DNA from: Chiloscyllium plagiosum
Lineage: Eukaryota
DNA: 64,000 bases
Direction of reading: 5' to 3'
NCBI RefSeq assembly: GCF_004010195.1
Contig: NC_057718.1
Location: forward strand, 41,437,803-41,501,802
In this document: positions 25,161-38,849 of the stretch, one piece after another
Layout of the letters: each line of letters starts with the position of its first letter
Position numbering within the stretch: position 1 is the stretch's first letter
Program-made: the position numbers and the translations under genes
The notes under the pieces: model-generated
The model's database searches: none
Told to the model about the DNA's origin: nothing
Seen by the model: only the letters and a program-made list of their open reading frames with translations

Positions 25161-25789
25161 TCCTTCCCAAGGAAAAAATAGCTTTGTTCAAATTTTCCTT
25201 GTTAAAATGCTGCCTCTTTAAGATGGTTTTGCAAGTTAAATTTGTAAAAAATTGTGCCAGAATTAAATACGATATTAGTTATTGCCACTTACTTACTGAT
25301 CACCTCATATGCATTAGCTTTGAACAAGGACGTCCACTTCTGCTGACTTGGCTGTGCTGACACATTTACTCTGTAGCCAATTCAACCTTTGCTGACATCC
25401 ATTCCATCCTCCAAGATAGCATTGCATTCAAGATCTTAATATTACATGTTTCCATATGGTTTTCTGCCAAATTTCTTCCTAAACACTTTACTAGTTGACA
25501 CTATATAAACATTTTTTCCATTACAGACCAAAGTAAATGCCTGCTTTTGGACATTTGCTATTCTTCATTCAGAAGTATGTCTTCTGTTATCTCCACTTTT
25601 TGTCACATGGCAACACTGTTTCCTTTTATACTTTCTTTTAACTTGATTTTGTTTGGAGCATTCATTTGAAATGTCGCAGAATTTTCTCAAGCTACCAAGA
25701 ATGGAGCTATTTTGTGGCATCCTCTGCTATTTGCAAAAACATTTGTTTGTCCTATTTTACGAAAAATAGAGATCGCAAATTAAAATGGT

Positions 25790-26700
25790 GAACGTGTCTT
25801 AAAAGTTCAGCAGAAGGAGTGAAGAATTGCAAATGTTACACCTTTGTTCGAAAAAGAATGGAAAGATAAGCCCAGCAACTATAACCTAATCAGTGGTGGG
25901 GAGGCTTCTAGAAATTATCATTTGGGGCAACATATGTAATCACTTCAGCAAATGGTGATAAATTAAAGAAAACCGGCAGTGATTTGTTGAGAGCAAATCA
26001 TGTTTAACTACCTTGCTATCATATTTTAATGAGATACTGATAGGGTTGATGAGAGTAATACTGTTGATGAATTTTTATACATTGATGTCCCAAAGGTTTG
26101 TTATAACCTGATGCACAAAATACCTGGAAGCAAAGTTATAACTCACGGAATAAAATGATTATCGTGACATGGGTAAAACTGGCTGAGTGACAAGAAGCAA
26201 GGAATAGTGGTTAATGGATGTTCTCCTGTACTCAATGTGCACACTTGCTCTTTCTGATTCATATTAATTACCTAGCCCTTGTTAGATAGGGCACAAATTC
26301 AATGTCTTCAGATGATGTTAAAGTTGTAAGCTTTGTGAACAGTGAGGGGACCAGTGCAAACTTTAAAAGGACAAGTTAGTGCAATGACCGGTTGAGTGAA
26401 ATTGAATAAAGAGAAGTGATTCATTTTGGTGGAGAGTGACAATAAAAATTAAATTTACAATTCCAAAAAGGATGTAAGAGGAAAATCTTTTTCACACACT
26501 CAATAGTTGGGATATGGAATGCCTGAAAGTGTGATAGAGGCACATTTGACAAAAGCATTCAAAAGAGATTTGGATTATTGTTTGTAAAGAAACAATGTGG
26601 AGGGCTGTGGAAAGAGTTCATGGGTGATGATGGGGTAGTGTGGTGGGAGAGAGTAGGTAACTTGCTTCTTCAGAGAGCAAATGCTCATGCGATGTCATCC
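25790..26700 (+). mobile_element. Old CR1 LINE ORF2 fragment
   Basis: gcaaatgttacacctttgttcgaaaaag (ANVTPLF), aaatcatgtttaacta (KSCLT), and 3' atggaatgcctgaaagtgtgatagaggc. Confidence 0.7.
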
Positions 26701-26904
26701 TTCAATGTTATAATTATTCTGATTCTACACACTCTTGGACAAAATTTAAGGGCAGCCATTGGGAAGGAAACTAAAACTTTTGCAAAAGATCAGTACTTTT
26801 ACTAAAGAAAATCATTTTGATTTGTACAGCAATTGTCAATGTTGTCATCTTAATAATAGCAATTTCTGCTGAGGTACTGGCACGATAAGGTGGACAGACA
26901 ATAG

Positions 26905-27105
26905 AAAAAAAGAATTTGCCTAGTGCTTTTCATAATCTCTGGATTATTATCTTAAAAAACCTTTAAACTTTACAACCCAATAAAGTACTCATAAAATGTA
27001 GTCATTATCATACAGTAGGGAACTGAGGCAGGCATTTTGTATACAGCAGGTCCGATAAACCACAATCAGATAATTAGCACATCCAGATTTGGGAATGATT
27101 TCCCT
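26905..27105 (-). mobile_element. 3' part of a DeuSINE (SacSINE1-like), degenerate
   Basis: ctttacaacccaataaagtact...tgtagtca...gtagggaac...ggcaggcattttg resembles the reverse of the shark DeuSINE 3' half as I recall it. Confidence 0.45.
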
Positions 27106-27149
27106 CAAGGTCCAACTGGCCTGCTAACTTTTATTCTCAAGTCTCACAC

Positions 27150-28110
27150 AGAGTAACCATTTGGTTTGAGTATCAGATATTCATAGATCCCTGAAAATGG
27201 CAACACATGGTGATAAGATGGTCAAGAAGGGTTACAACACTCTTTCCTTCATCAGCCAGGGCTTTGAATATAAAAAGTTAGCAAGTTGTGTTACGGTTGT
27301 ATAGAACTTTCATTCAGCCATATTTGTAATATTGCATGAAATTCTGGTCACCACATCGTCAGAAGGATGTGGGTGCCTTGGAAAGAATGATAAGATGGTT
27401 TACCAGAATGTTGCCTGGTCTGGAGGGCTTTAGTAATGAGGAGAGTTTGGCTAAACTTGGATTGTTTTCATTAGAATGATGGAACCTGTGGCATGATGTG
27501 ATAGAGATCTACAAAATTATGATAGGCATAGATAGGGTAGGTAGTCAGAGGCTTTTTCCCAGGGTGGAAGGATCAACTTACAAGACAGCACAGTTTCAAA
27601 GTGAGAGGGGGAAAGTTTAGCGGAGAAATGGGGGGAAGGTTTTTCACACCTGGGAGTGGTCGATGCCTGGAACGCACTGCCAGTGGAGGTGGTGGAACCA
27701 GGCACATTAACAACATTTAAGGCAAGCTTGATAGACAAATAAATCCAAAGGGTTGTGAATGTATAGAATTCCCTGCCTATTGAGGCTACCTCAATAAATA
27801 TTTTTAAGTTGAAGATAGATTTTTGATCAGTAAATGAATTAATGGTTATGGTGAACAGGCAGTAAGTGAAACTGAGTCCATGAAAAGATCAGCCATGATC
27901 TTATTGATTGGCGGAGCATGCTCGATGGGCCAGATGGCCTAATCCTGCCCCTATTTCTTAAGCTTTTATGCTCTGATGGGAGGCGAACAGAGGGATAGAA
28001 ACAGCACATGCTCAATAAGTATTTGGTCCAAGTAAGGATTCGAATTAATGCAGGCTTGGTGGACCTAAAGGCCTATTCCTGTGCAGTATTGAATGATATT
28101 GTATTGTATA
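27150..28110 (+). mobile_element. CR1 3' fragment with a second CR1 3' end inserted at about 27745-27970
   Basis: FWSPH.QKDV.ALE and WNALPVEVVE motifs. Two separate CR1-type tails at about 27925-27970 and 28055-28110. Confidence 0.8.
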
Positions 28111-30190
28111 ACTGTCTCAGTCAACTGAGTTGCATTGGGCCATGCTTCTGTGAAGAACAAAAACATTACGAAGAGGCTGGGGATTTTGCTGAACATGAGG
28201 AAGTAAAAGAGAATTTTAGAAAACAAAATCTCGAATTACTTGGGGCCATGTGAGACAGAGGATGAGCATCCTGCATTTTTCCATTTAATCAAACCCCAGC
28301 CAAATGCAGAATACTCTCCCTCTGAAGGCTGTAAGGGATCTAATAGTCTCAACTCACTTTCTTGTAGCTGTGATCCAACAGCACAGATGTTCATAATTCA
28401 GCACAATTTAGAATTCAAATAGATCTCTCATGTCAAAGGATTGCTAGTATGAAAAATGGAAGGAAATCACATTGTTTCAGAAGATGTGCCAAATTAAAAT
28501 TAGGGTTATAGGATGTATCAAAGTTTGTGTGTGGATACACACAAAATTAGAAATGTAGTACATAAATACGTTTGTAGAAACTTATCTGGATTTCTTTTTG
28601 AGTATAAATCCGAATGGATACATTAGCAGTTCTTCTTTGAAAATCTCAATTTTCCATTATTGTTACATTGATGATTACAGAAACTAATTTATTCAATGGA
28701 AACTATAATCCTGGCCTGTATCTCATATAAGAACTTCAACCACTTTTCATGGTATGCAAGTTTTGATTCTTCCCTCTTGCTTTAGCTATGAACTTTTTTT
28801 TTTCTTTTAATAGTTATTCAGCACACATTTAAGGGATGCATTGCTGTAGTGATTTATTCTGAATGGAAATATGTGACATTGGGTATTGTGAAGATTTTTT
28901 TAGCACAGAGTATCTTATCTAAAATCCATGGCCAGATGACTTGTATGGCACACATGAGAGTATATATACTGATGACAAAAATTTATATACATGGCTAAGA
29001 GCAACAAGGTGTTACTTAAAATATTATATTCTGAGCTTGGAGAGAACTTAGGTGATAAAAGATAATATGGCAGAAATGCATACGTTGCTTAAAGAGGGAG
29101 TAAAGCCAGACAATTTATGTTTACCAATATCAATTCTTTATTAAGTGTGGTGAGGGGCTGACTTTTTTGGCATCTCACACCTGAAATAAGCATAAAGTTT
29201 CATGTTAATGAAAGGCCTAAAGATTCTTGCAGTTTCATTTCAAAATTTAGCTCACAGTGAGGCGGGCAGGCACTGAGTTAGCAATACTTAAAGATTCTGC
29301 AGCATTCCTTACTCGTATCATTCCATGCTTCCATCCCACACAACCACCAAAAGACAGAGTGCTTCCCTGAAGCTCTTGCATATGCTATTAATAATGCAGC
29401 CAGGAAATGCACAGCGAGTGCTGTGAGGACACACTTAGTTGAGGGATTTCTGCATGCATGTAATATCATTGTAAATACTTTTTATGTTCACATTCTGTTG
29501 CTGTTAATATCTGTCTTGAGGTTTCAAAGCCACTTTGTCTTGGAGTTCTTGCTGACTAAATGATTTTTTTTCTGGTGGGAACAGGGTAAGTAAGAGACTG
29601 GAAAGAAAAATATCTTAATTAGATGGGATTTCCAGAATAAAATGTACAAGCCATACGATTATCAATAAAACCATCCATTTGGACTGAGTAAAAAGATAAG
29701 GCAATTAGATCACAGTCTCAGGTGCATATGCAAAAGAGCTTCAGCAAAGTGTGTAATCCCTGACCTTTCCCACCTCTTGCTTTCATCAATGCTCTGGCAG
29801 GTATTGTCCAAATTAACTTTGCTAACATTGTTATCTTTGCTGCCGCCATCACTTTTTTACTGCATGTTAATATCACATTCTGAAAGAATAACCAGCTGCC
29901 AAAACTTTGTAAGCAGATGTAAGCAGAAGTAGAAAGTGGGCAGGAAAATAGTGTGGCTTCTTTCAGACTGAGGTCTTATCAGTAACCTTTGAAGTATTAA
30001 CCATGACATTGACCACCTCTCTCTCAGCTCTCCAACAATTTCAAACATTCAGCTGAATGTCTTGGTCAAGATCACTGACTTCTTCTGAAAGAAATTATGT
30101 GGGGAAGGTAAACAGGAAAAATCTAATTTCATCATAAACAGCTCCAATATTTTACAGACCCTATATCTGGTCACCAGAGCAGTACATTCA

Positions 30191-31410
30191 AATCATAAAA
30201 TGGTTACAGCGTGGAAGGAGCCCATTCAGACTTAGAATCAATGGCAACTCTTTGCAAGTGCGTCTCAGCTAGTCCTGCATCCTTGCCTGGTCCCCATTGC
30301 CCTGCAAGTCATATTTTTGTTCAAGTGATTATACAAGTCCATTTTAAAATTCTGTATTGAATCTTCTTCCAAATCATTGTCAGATAGTGCACTGTAATGT
30401 AAAAACTGTGACATTAAATTTTTCGCTAATCATCTTAAATCAGTGTACTTCATTTCAAGAACCTTCTGTTAAGGGGAACAGTTTCTCCTTATTTTTTTCC
30501 TCATTTTGAACATTTTGTTTTCAAGATCACCTCTCAACCTTCTCTATGAAAACAATCCCATTTTCTCAAATCTATCTTTGTAATCAAAATTCTCATCATG
30601 GAATTATTCTTCCAAATCATTTTTGCAATCTCTCTAGAAACTTCACATCATGTCTAAATTACATTGCTCAAAGTTGGGCAAAATATTCCAGTTAAGGCTA
30701 AATCAGTGTTTTGTAACAGTTCACAATAACTTTCTTGGTTTTGTACTCTCTGCATTCTTTTAAGAGCCAATTTTGATATATTTACCTACAATAGGGATTT
30801 GTGCAGATATATATCTAACTGCTTATGTTCCTGCACACCATTTACTCTAGTTTATATTGCCTCTCTTCATTCTTCTCAGCACTTAACACTCCTCTGTGCT
30901 AAGTTTCACCAACCACATGCAGGTTGATTTCAACCAGGCTGCCCATGTCTTCTTGAAGTCTATCTCTATCATCCCTCTATCATAGTACTTTCACGATTTA
31001 TGTCATTAGTACAAGTTGAAATTATGCCTGTCACAAATTATGGCTGATTATGGGCAGTTACTGAGCCCTTCAGAAACACACTGTATACACTTCTTCATTC
31101 TGAGAAATATTGGCTCACTATTACTCTGTTTCCTATAAATTGCCCAATTTCAAATCCATGCTGCTACTATATTCTTATTCTACAAATTTTAACTATTTTG
31201 TTAAGCCCATTATGTGACATTTTCTCAAACATATTATGGAAGTCCATGTATGCCACTTTAACCACATCACCATCACCAACCCTCATTGTTGCTTCATCAA
31301 AAAAATTGAATCAGGTTAGTTCAACATGATTTGTCTTTGACATGTTTGAGATCGCTTTCCTAATTATTTCTACTCTGTCCAAGTGACTGTTAATTTTGTT
31401 CTACACTATC
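30191..31410 (-). mobile_element. Old CR1 LINE fragment
   Basis: Reverse tail aatcataaaatggttacagc...ggaaggagcccattc. aagtccatgta is the reverse of YMDF. Confidence 0.7.
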
Positions 31411-31414
31411 ATCA

Positions 31415-31680
31415 TTAGCTCACTTGACTGGATGGCTAGTTTGCAACGTAGGTAAAAACAATGACTGCAGATGCTGGAAACCAGATTCTGGATTAGTGGA
31501 CTGCTGTGGTTTGCAATGCAGAATAATATCAATAGTGAGAGGTCAGTTCTTGCACTAGCTGAGGTCACCTGAAAGTCTCACTTTCTCAAACCTGCGTAAG
31601 GTATGGTGACGTTCAGCTAAACTCATCATCCATCATCTCTCTCTAATGACAGAGTGGTTCTCTGGGACTATGGGTAATTT
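31415..31680 (+). mobile_element. tRNA-derived SINE interrupted by a 57 bp PLE-terminus insert (31452-31508)
   Basis: A-box-like tagctcacttg and B-box-like ggtcagttct. The 3' part matches 1728-1797. The insert actgcagatgctgga is flanked by gtttgcaacgtag and gtttgcaatgcag. Confidence 0.6.
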
Positions 31681-31713
31681 AGTTAATGAATTTATCCTAG
31701 CACACTTTCAGAA

Positions 31714-31812
31714 CTTAAGAAGAGTCATACTGGACTCAAAGTTAATGCTGTTTCTTTCTCCATAGATACTGCCAGAGCTGCTGAGTTTCCCCCGCACTTT
31801 CTGTCTTTTTAT
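31714..31812 (+). mobile_element. Old short PLE-terminus-derived element with decayed hammerhead
   Basis: cttaagaagagtcatactggactcaaagtta keeps the gagtc/gactc stem II, followed by tctccatagatactgccaga. Confidence 0.6.
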
Positions 31813-32957
31813 AATAAAAGTTCACCTTCGACAAAAGGATTTGCAAGTTTCATATGTGGCTACAGGATTATGGATAATTTGATGAGATATCAAGTTGTAT
31901 TTCAAATCTTGACAAGAATGCATATTGCCAAATTCACATGATAGATTACCAGCCAGCTTAAAAATAGTTGTGTCCATTTTAAAATTTGGCTTTAAACTTT
32001 TAACTATCTTGATGCCTGTCTTGGACATTGCAATAATCGTATCAACCTAAGATTGGCTAGATAGATATTACACCAGCACATTATCAATTATTGTTCAAGC
32101 TTTTCAAAACTTCAGAATTTTGTTAATTTCATGGAAGAAAGCCAGAGTGTGATATTTTTCTGACATTTAATAATGTTTCAATGAAGACCAGAGAAGGGGT
32201 TGGTTACAATAGCATTCATTGGAATGAAATCTGACTTTTCAAAATCTTTTGCAAAATATCAATGCCATTGAAATGAAAAATGTTCACTCAAAGTATATTC
32301 AACAGTGCCTTGCAAAGATTCTTCAGAAAGAATTTAAACAAAATATATTGTTTGCATTGCAGTATTTTTCATTTATTAAAGAAAATCTATTTTATCCCAC
32401 TTGAAATTTGACTTATACATTATGGGTTCTATCTTCAACCATTATTAGTGTGTTTTTCCATAGTTTAAAAAGATGGCCATATTTTTATGTAATAACTCAG
32501 CTGTGGTACACAGACGTTCCAATCTTTGCAAGAGTCCTTTGAGTCATCATAACAGACTTAATGGAAAATAATCTACAGGCCTTCTAACTTGAGAATTAGA
32601 CAATGAGGAAGTCCATGATTATTTTTGATAATTAAGTACATTGTTTCTTGCTATATCATAGGAGAATAAATATTTTCCTGCATTTCACATAAGACCATCT
32701 GTTTATTACTATCTGAATCTGAGTGCACTTGCCTGGAAGAGGGATTTTATTTTGGTAGCATTAACCACGTGTACTGTATATTTCAAAAAATAAACTTCCA
32801 GCCCCCAGTTAAGGCTCATTGGAGATTGACAAACTAGATCCCAACTTTGTTTTAAGTAATGTTTTGCTGCAGAAAGATGTTACTTTGAGTAAATGTAATT
32901 CATTTAAATAGTAAGTATAAAATTAAATTGAAATAAAAGGTATAACAGATATCACTA

Positions 32958-33605
32958 AATCACAGAATTTTTACAGGACCTATTGCATTAGGTCTGCAAT
33001 AGCTCTTTAAATGGAACCTTGTGCTTATAAACCTGCACATTTCCCCTTTTCATATAACTGCTTAATTCCCTTTTGGAAAGCCTCAATTAAACCTACCTCC
33101 ATCATACTCTCAGGTAGTGCATTCCAGATCCTAACCACTCGCTGCCTGAGAAAGTATTTTCTAAAATCACTTTTGATTTACTAATTATTTTACATCAGTA
33201 CCCTCTCAGTCCAGTTGTTTTCACAAGTTTTTCCTTATTCATAATTTGCAGAAACGTTATGATTTTAAATCCCTCTCCTCTTAGCCTTCTTTTGGTGAAG
33301 GAACACAGTCCTAACTTCTCTGAAATATTTTCATAAAGGAATTTTCTCATCCTTGAAACCATCCTTGTGAATCTTTTAAAAAACCCTCTTTAATGCCTCA
33401 CATCCTTCCGAAAAAGCAATGCCCAGAACTATATACAATACTCTCAGCCAAACTTGTGAGTTACACAAGTTCAACATAAACTCCTTGTTGTTGACTCTAT
33501 TACATTATTAATAAAGCTCAGGGTGCTTTATGCTTTGCTAACTGAGTTTTCAACCTGTCTTGCCACTATTAATAACTTATACACATATACACTCAGGTTC
33601 CTCTG
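32958..33605 (-). mobile_element. Old CR1 LINE 3' fragment
   Basis: ctcaggtagtgcattccagatcctaaccactcgctg (reverse of RVVRIWNALPE) and gcccagaactatatacaatactc (reverse of EYCI.FW). Confidence 0.75.
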
Positions 33606-34894
33606 CAAACTGCCAACTTCAGAAAATCACATTAAAAGGATTATTAACTTTAATATTAATGTAATAACATTTAAATTGACAAAACTAAATTAATATGATA
33701 GCATCTATGCACCTCCTGTTACACAAAATACTTTCCAGCTGTCCTGAATGAAAGGCTACCTTGTACGAGAAGGGGAGCTCAACCCTCAGTAAGTTGAACC
33801 ACTGATAATGAAAAAAAAACTTCCTTTACTCTCACATATTTGCAATGATGATATTTGACTGTAAGTCCTCTTATCAGACTGTTCATCCTAATGATGTCAT
33901 CAGCTGGCTGCAGTGGAGTTTCATTTAGGATCAAGAAAAGTTGCATAATATGACGAGGTTTATAAACAGAGTTCATAGGAGCGAGATTAACTATATTCCA
34001 TGAAAACTATATACAACATAAAAATCTTGTTTACCTCAGACATATAATCACTGAAAAATGCACCTTATATCAGGTTCATGTCATACACTGCTGCAGTTTA
34101 ACAGAAAAAGGTTTTTAAGTTGTCTTTTCGGTAAGTTTAAACAACAGATGAAGGATCTCGTTGCTGATGACTCAGTGCCACTGATGGCCTACATGTATGT
34201 GTTAAGTCTAGCATCTGGTATAATAATTGAGGGCTCAGCTCTCCACATTTCCTGTAACCCCGGGTAAGTAAATTTCAAGTGCGAGGGAAAAACTTAGCAG
34301 TTTTCCCAACTGGGAAACTACCTTCACAAGAAGGATAATGTGATTTACACAGACACAAAGAAGGAAATTATGAGGTAAATGTTTTTTCCTCTTAGATCAC
34401 CGAAGAACTTTATATGATTCTTTCAAATTTTCATTTTAAAAAATCAAAATTTAAAGTCAGACAGGAATGTACCAACACAAAGAGACCTTTTCATCTATGA
34501 CTGGAGATACTTTGGCAAAACAGTGCTGGAAATTGGATAATCGCAGGTTTCTTAGATGTTTATATCAATTAAAAGGCAGTGAACAGAAGTACTGATAAAT
34601 GTGGATTTGACTGATTTCAAAGTTCTGAACTTTTATTATACAAAAATAATGAATATTTTAGTTTGCAACATAGCAGCTACATGAAAAAGAACACTTTCTA
34701 ATATACCTGTTATGAAAACTGACAACTTTCTGAGGAAAGTATTCATTTCATTCTTAGTCTGCACAAATTAATGAAGTCTTCAATGCAATAGTTAACTGTA
34801 AGTTAAACAGACTGCTTTACCACCTGCAACCTACTGAAACAATGTGGAAGCTAGTGGGGAGCCATGCAGTTAGCAATGATTGAATTATGCTACA

Positions 34895-34990
34895 TAGAAA
34901 CAGAAACTGCTAGAAAAACTCAGCAGGTCTGGCAACATCTGGGGAGAGAAAGCACAGTTAATGTTTTTGGTCCAATGACCCTTCTGTTCT
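34895..34990 (-). mobile_element. Old short PLE-terminus-derived element
   Basis: aaactcagcaggtctggcaacatctggggagagaaagcacagttaatgtttttggtccaatgacccttc is the reverse of the 41850 family. Confidence 0.65.
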
Positions 34991-34994
34991 GTTT

Positions 34995-35450
34995 CTTCAC
35001 CCCCTCACAGACTTAAGACACTCTACACTCACTACAAACATATACCCACACTCTCACACTCACAACCCCCAATCCAGACAAACAGACAGACACAGACAGA
35101 CAAAGACCCACATGCACACAATAGACAGAGAACACAGGGGGCTAACACCTTCAACATATTGTCTAGCTAACACCAATTGTTACAGTTAACCTGAGAATGC
35201 AACTTTTAAAAAAAGGTTTTGTGATTTACACATGAAAGAAGTGAAACTATCATAGTATTTGAACAGATGAAAGACTCACCAGACAATCAAATTATTTTTC
35301 AATGTATAATTTCAGTTACATCACACTGTAAATTTTTGCTATAAATTCTGTGTCTGACAATTGTGTCCTCCACAACCACCTGATGAAGGAGTGGCGCTCC
35401 GAAAGCTAGTGTGCTTCCAATTAAACCCATTGGACTATAACCTGGTGTCA
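34995..35450 (+). mobile_element. PLE 3' terminal region (third family) ending in a hammerhead motif
   Basis: A CA-rich tract, then cacctgatgaaggagtggcgctccgaaagctagtgtgcttccaattaaacc. Confidence 0.7.
35377..35411 (+). ncRNA. Minimal hammerhead ribozyme, intact core
   Basis: CAC-CUGAUGA-A-GGAG(UGGCG)CUCC-GAAA-GCUA^GUG. Stem I is CAC/GUG, stem II GGAG/CUCC, stem III palindromic AGCU, and the NUH triplet is CUA. Confidence 0.75.
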
Positions 35451-37484
35451 TTTAAATAGACACTATGGAAAAATTTCAAGCTTGTAATCTCAAATTAAAG
35501 TTGAAAAACAATTCTGAACCATTTAAGTTTCACTTTAGTATTTTATGAAGCCATTGTTAATGTAACTTCTCTATTGTTATTCCCGGAAGTTGATTGTTTT
35601 CAATGAAAAAATATGGTTAACTTTGACTCTTTACTGTATATTACTATTTATTTTTGTAGAAGGAACCAGCTTCAGAAAGATATGTTTGACAATATTATTT
35701 TCAGGGGAAGGAACAGAATCAGAAGATGAATACTATTGTGTTATATTTCATGTTCAGTATGCAATGCACCTTTAAGAGATGTGCTCATGATATCACTGTC
35801 TAAGATGTGACATGAGGATAGAAAAACCTCAGATTCCATCCAGCCTAGAATCACTTGGAACCTGATACACTTTTCAAAGCACGCTGCTCCTGTTATAATC
35901 TAACATTTTAATGATAACCAGACAACCCTCATGTACCTGTAAAGGTAATGTCTGAACATCATAGTTTACTGTATTATTTGTCCAGTGGCTTCTTCAATAC
36001 TACATTATCCACACCCAGTCTCTTATATTACAAGGGATAATATAAGGATTAACACATCAAATAAAACACCCTGATTGAGGCAAACTCACCAAATGCACCA
36101 TCATTTTAGCCACAATAATTTAATAAGAGAAAGGTACAAAGAATAGAGTTATAGGACTAACACCAGAAGATACAATATGATGATGTAATAGTGACCAGTG
36201 TCACATGATTCCATAGTAAAAGCTAGAAGAAAGCAGAATCTCTAACCTCCCATGAAAGTAATGTGTCTATTGACAAATTGCAAATAAAAAGTTCTTGTAG
36301 AAAATACCATGTACTCAAGCAGTAAACTTTTAAACTAGATTAAACAGTGTTAGACCCCAAACACACAACAAAACACAAAGCTCTGTGCAACAGCATGTGT
36401 ATGGTTAATGTTCAGTGTATTTTTAAGTAAATCAAGAAAAGTATTGCAAAACGTTTCTTTTCAGGCAATATAATTATCACTGTTCATGACATAATCTGAA
36501 TAAGGGCACAGAGTTACTAAGGTTGTCAGGAAATGAACAGTGAAAATCTGCTACATGGTTGATAATATCTGAACATCTTGAAAGTGTTCATCCATTTTCA
36601 CATATTCTTCATGATTTCTGAAAGCCTTGCCCCACTCCTATCTCTGCTATCCATGGCTTAAGTTGACTGACACATTACCAGAACTTTCCAAAATGATTGG
36701 CTTTAAGAGCAGAATTACAGATTAGCTTTCCCAAGGAAATTTGCACATAACTGGCAAACATTTTCTTCCAAAGTATTACTACCCAGAAATGTCCTCAATA
36801 ATTTATTTTACTCAGCTGTTAAGGCCACCGACATTTAATGTATTCTGTCTAATGGAGAAGACCAAATTTTTGTGAGTTTCCTTCACTAGTTCTGAACTGG
36901 CTTAAAGCCATGCTGAAAAGTTTGACCACAACTGACCTGGTCACTATTTCTTGTGTTTAAAAATATTTATTTTAGTGATTTTGTAATTTTACTTTGTGTT
37001 GTCTATACCTTTAAATGTTTTAAATCTCATCAGGTTCTCATACATTAAAGCGGGAAAAATTTGGACATTTACATTTCCTTCAACATGCTGGACTTAATGT
37101 GAAGGTTTATTAGCTCCAAGTTTAAATTTTCTATATTCCAAGAAGATAAAGTGGAACTTGCATTAGGAACATGGTTTTTGTTCCATGCTTTATTTAAGAC
37201 CTTATTGTTTACATCGATTTTACATTCTGGGTGTTTTGACAGTCTGGGTGTCTGTTAATGAGAGTCTTAGCAAAACTCAGTGTAAATTGCAAGATTGATG
37301 TGGAAACAAATATTAATTTTGGCAGAATATTGACATGAGTAAAATCAAGGAAATTCCTGACCAATTAAAAAAATCCATAGGAGCTCTCCTAATCACATGA
37401 CAGATCAACAGCATTGGAGATCAGATAGAGATTGGTAGATAATTCAGAGAGGTACGTAAGAACAAGTTTATATATTAGTGTTTT

Positions 37485-38345
37485 CAATCATTCCTGGAAT
37501 GTGGGCATCACCGATAAAGCCAACATTTACGATGAACCTCCAATGCCTTTGAAAAGGTAGGGGTGAGGCACTCTATTTTTATTTTAAAACTGCTGCAGTC
37601 CTTGTAGAGAAAGTATGTTCTGCTGTTAGGGAGGGAGTGCCATTATTCTGGCCAAGTAATAGTGAGGGAACCATCATATACTCCCTGGCCATGAAGGTGT
37701 AACTTGAAGAGGAACCAGAAACTGCTGTATCTTCCATATGCCACTGCCCTTAACCTTTGAAATGGTAAAGGTTACAAATCTTAGACAAAAACAGAAAGTG
37801 CTTGGAGAAACTCAGCAGGTCCGGCAGAGAGAGAAATAAAGTTGATATTTCAAGTCCAGTATGACTCTTATGATAATTGTGAACAGACTTTTGGGAGTCA
37901 GAACGTAAGTTATTCACCACAGAATTCACCAGTTCTTGTCACCATATTATTTAAACAGCTGGTCCATTTAAATGTCTGGTCAGTAGTAATAGAATGTTGA
38001 TAGCAAGAGAATTCAGAGATGGTAATGTTGTTAAATGTCATGGGAAGATGGTTAGAATGGTACCAATACTGCACAAGCATCATCCAGAACTCAAGCTTGT
38101 TACCTTACAATGAAAGGAAGGTCTTTAAAGAAGCAGCTAAAGTGTTTGAGCCTAGGCCACTATCCTGAGAAATTCCAGTAACAATGTTTCAGGACTGAGA
38201 AACTTAACTTAGCCTCCAAAGGCCAGAATCACATTGCTGTGTGTCACGGCTGACTTTGACCTGTAGTAGGTTTCTCATGAATTCCCATTGAACTTAACTT
38301 TACCAGAACTCCTTGATACCAAAGTCAGTCAAATATTGATGTTAC
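37485..38345 (-). mobile_element. Second LINE family, degenerate 3' fragment (contains an old PLE-terminus insert at 37785-37870)
   Basis: Reverse tail tcattcctggaatgtgggcatcacc...gccaacatttac...tgcctttgaaaaggtagg. gaactccttgatacc...tcaaat is the reverse of FD..WYQG. Confidence 0.6.
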
Positions 38346-38849
38346 CATATCTTTTAAGTTTGAGTTTGAAGTTTAAGAAGTGACTCAATGTACATGCGTT
38401 TTGTGATATATAAATGATTTAATACAAAATAAGGACCTTCATAAGCAGAATTTAATTTTACAAGAGGAAACTTTGTTTACTTCGGGAGGCGGAAGAAAGG
38501 TCAATCCTGAACCAATTAACAGCAAACCAGGCAAACGCAGCAGACATTACATGCTTTGGGCAGTCTTAAGGAGGTGAAAATCAGACTTCTGTCTCTCAGT
38601 AGAAAGTCCTACTCTCAAAAGCTACCAGCCGAATTGATTGACTGGCAGCTCTTGGCAGTCCGAGCAGCACCAGAACTGGTTAGTTGCCACTACTGGGACT
38701 GCTGGCATCTCCATGGAGAAGGGTATCAGTCACTGGAAAAAGGCAAATCCTGGGCTTTTAGGGCAGAAAGAGATTTGGCTTCCAAGGGAAAGAGGGGAAG
38801 GCAATAGGGGTAGGTTTTTAAGGACAGGTAAGAAATGGTTTCCTACAAT

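Noticed and set aside
25297..25372. Minus-strand exon candidate (VNVSAQPSQQKWTSLFKANAYE) before gtaagtaagt
   Set aside because: Poor polypyrimidine tract, no recognisable homology, and phase not compatible with neighbouring candidates.
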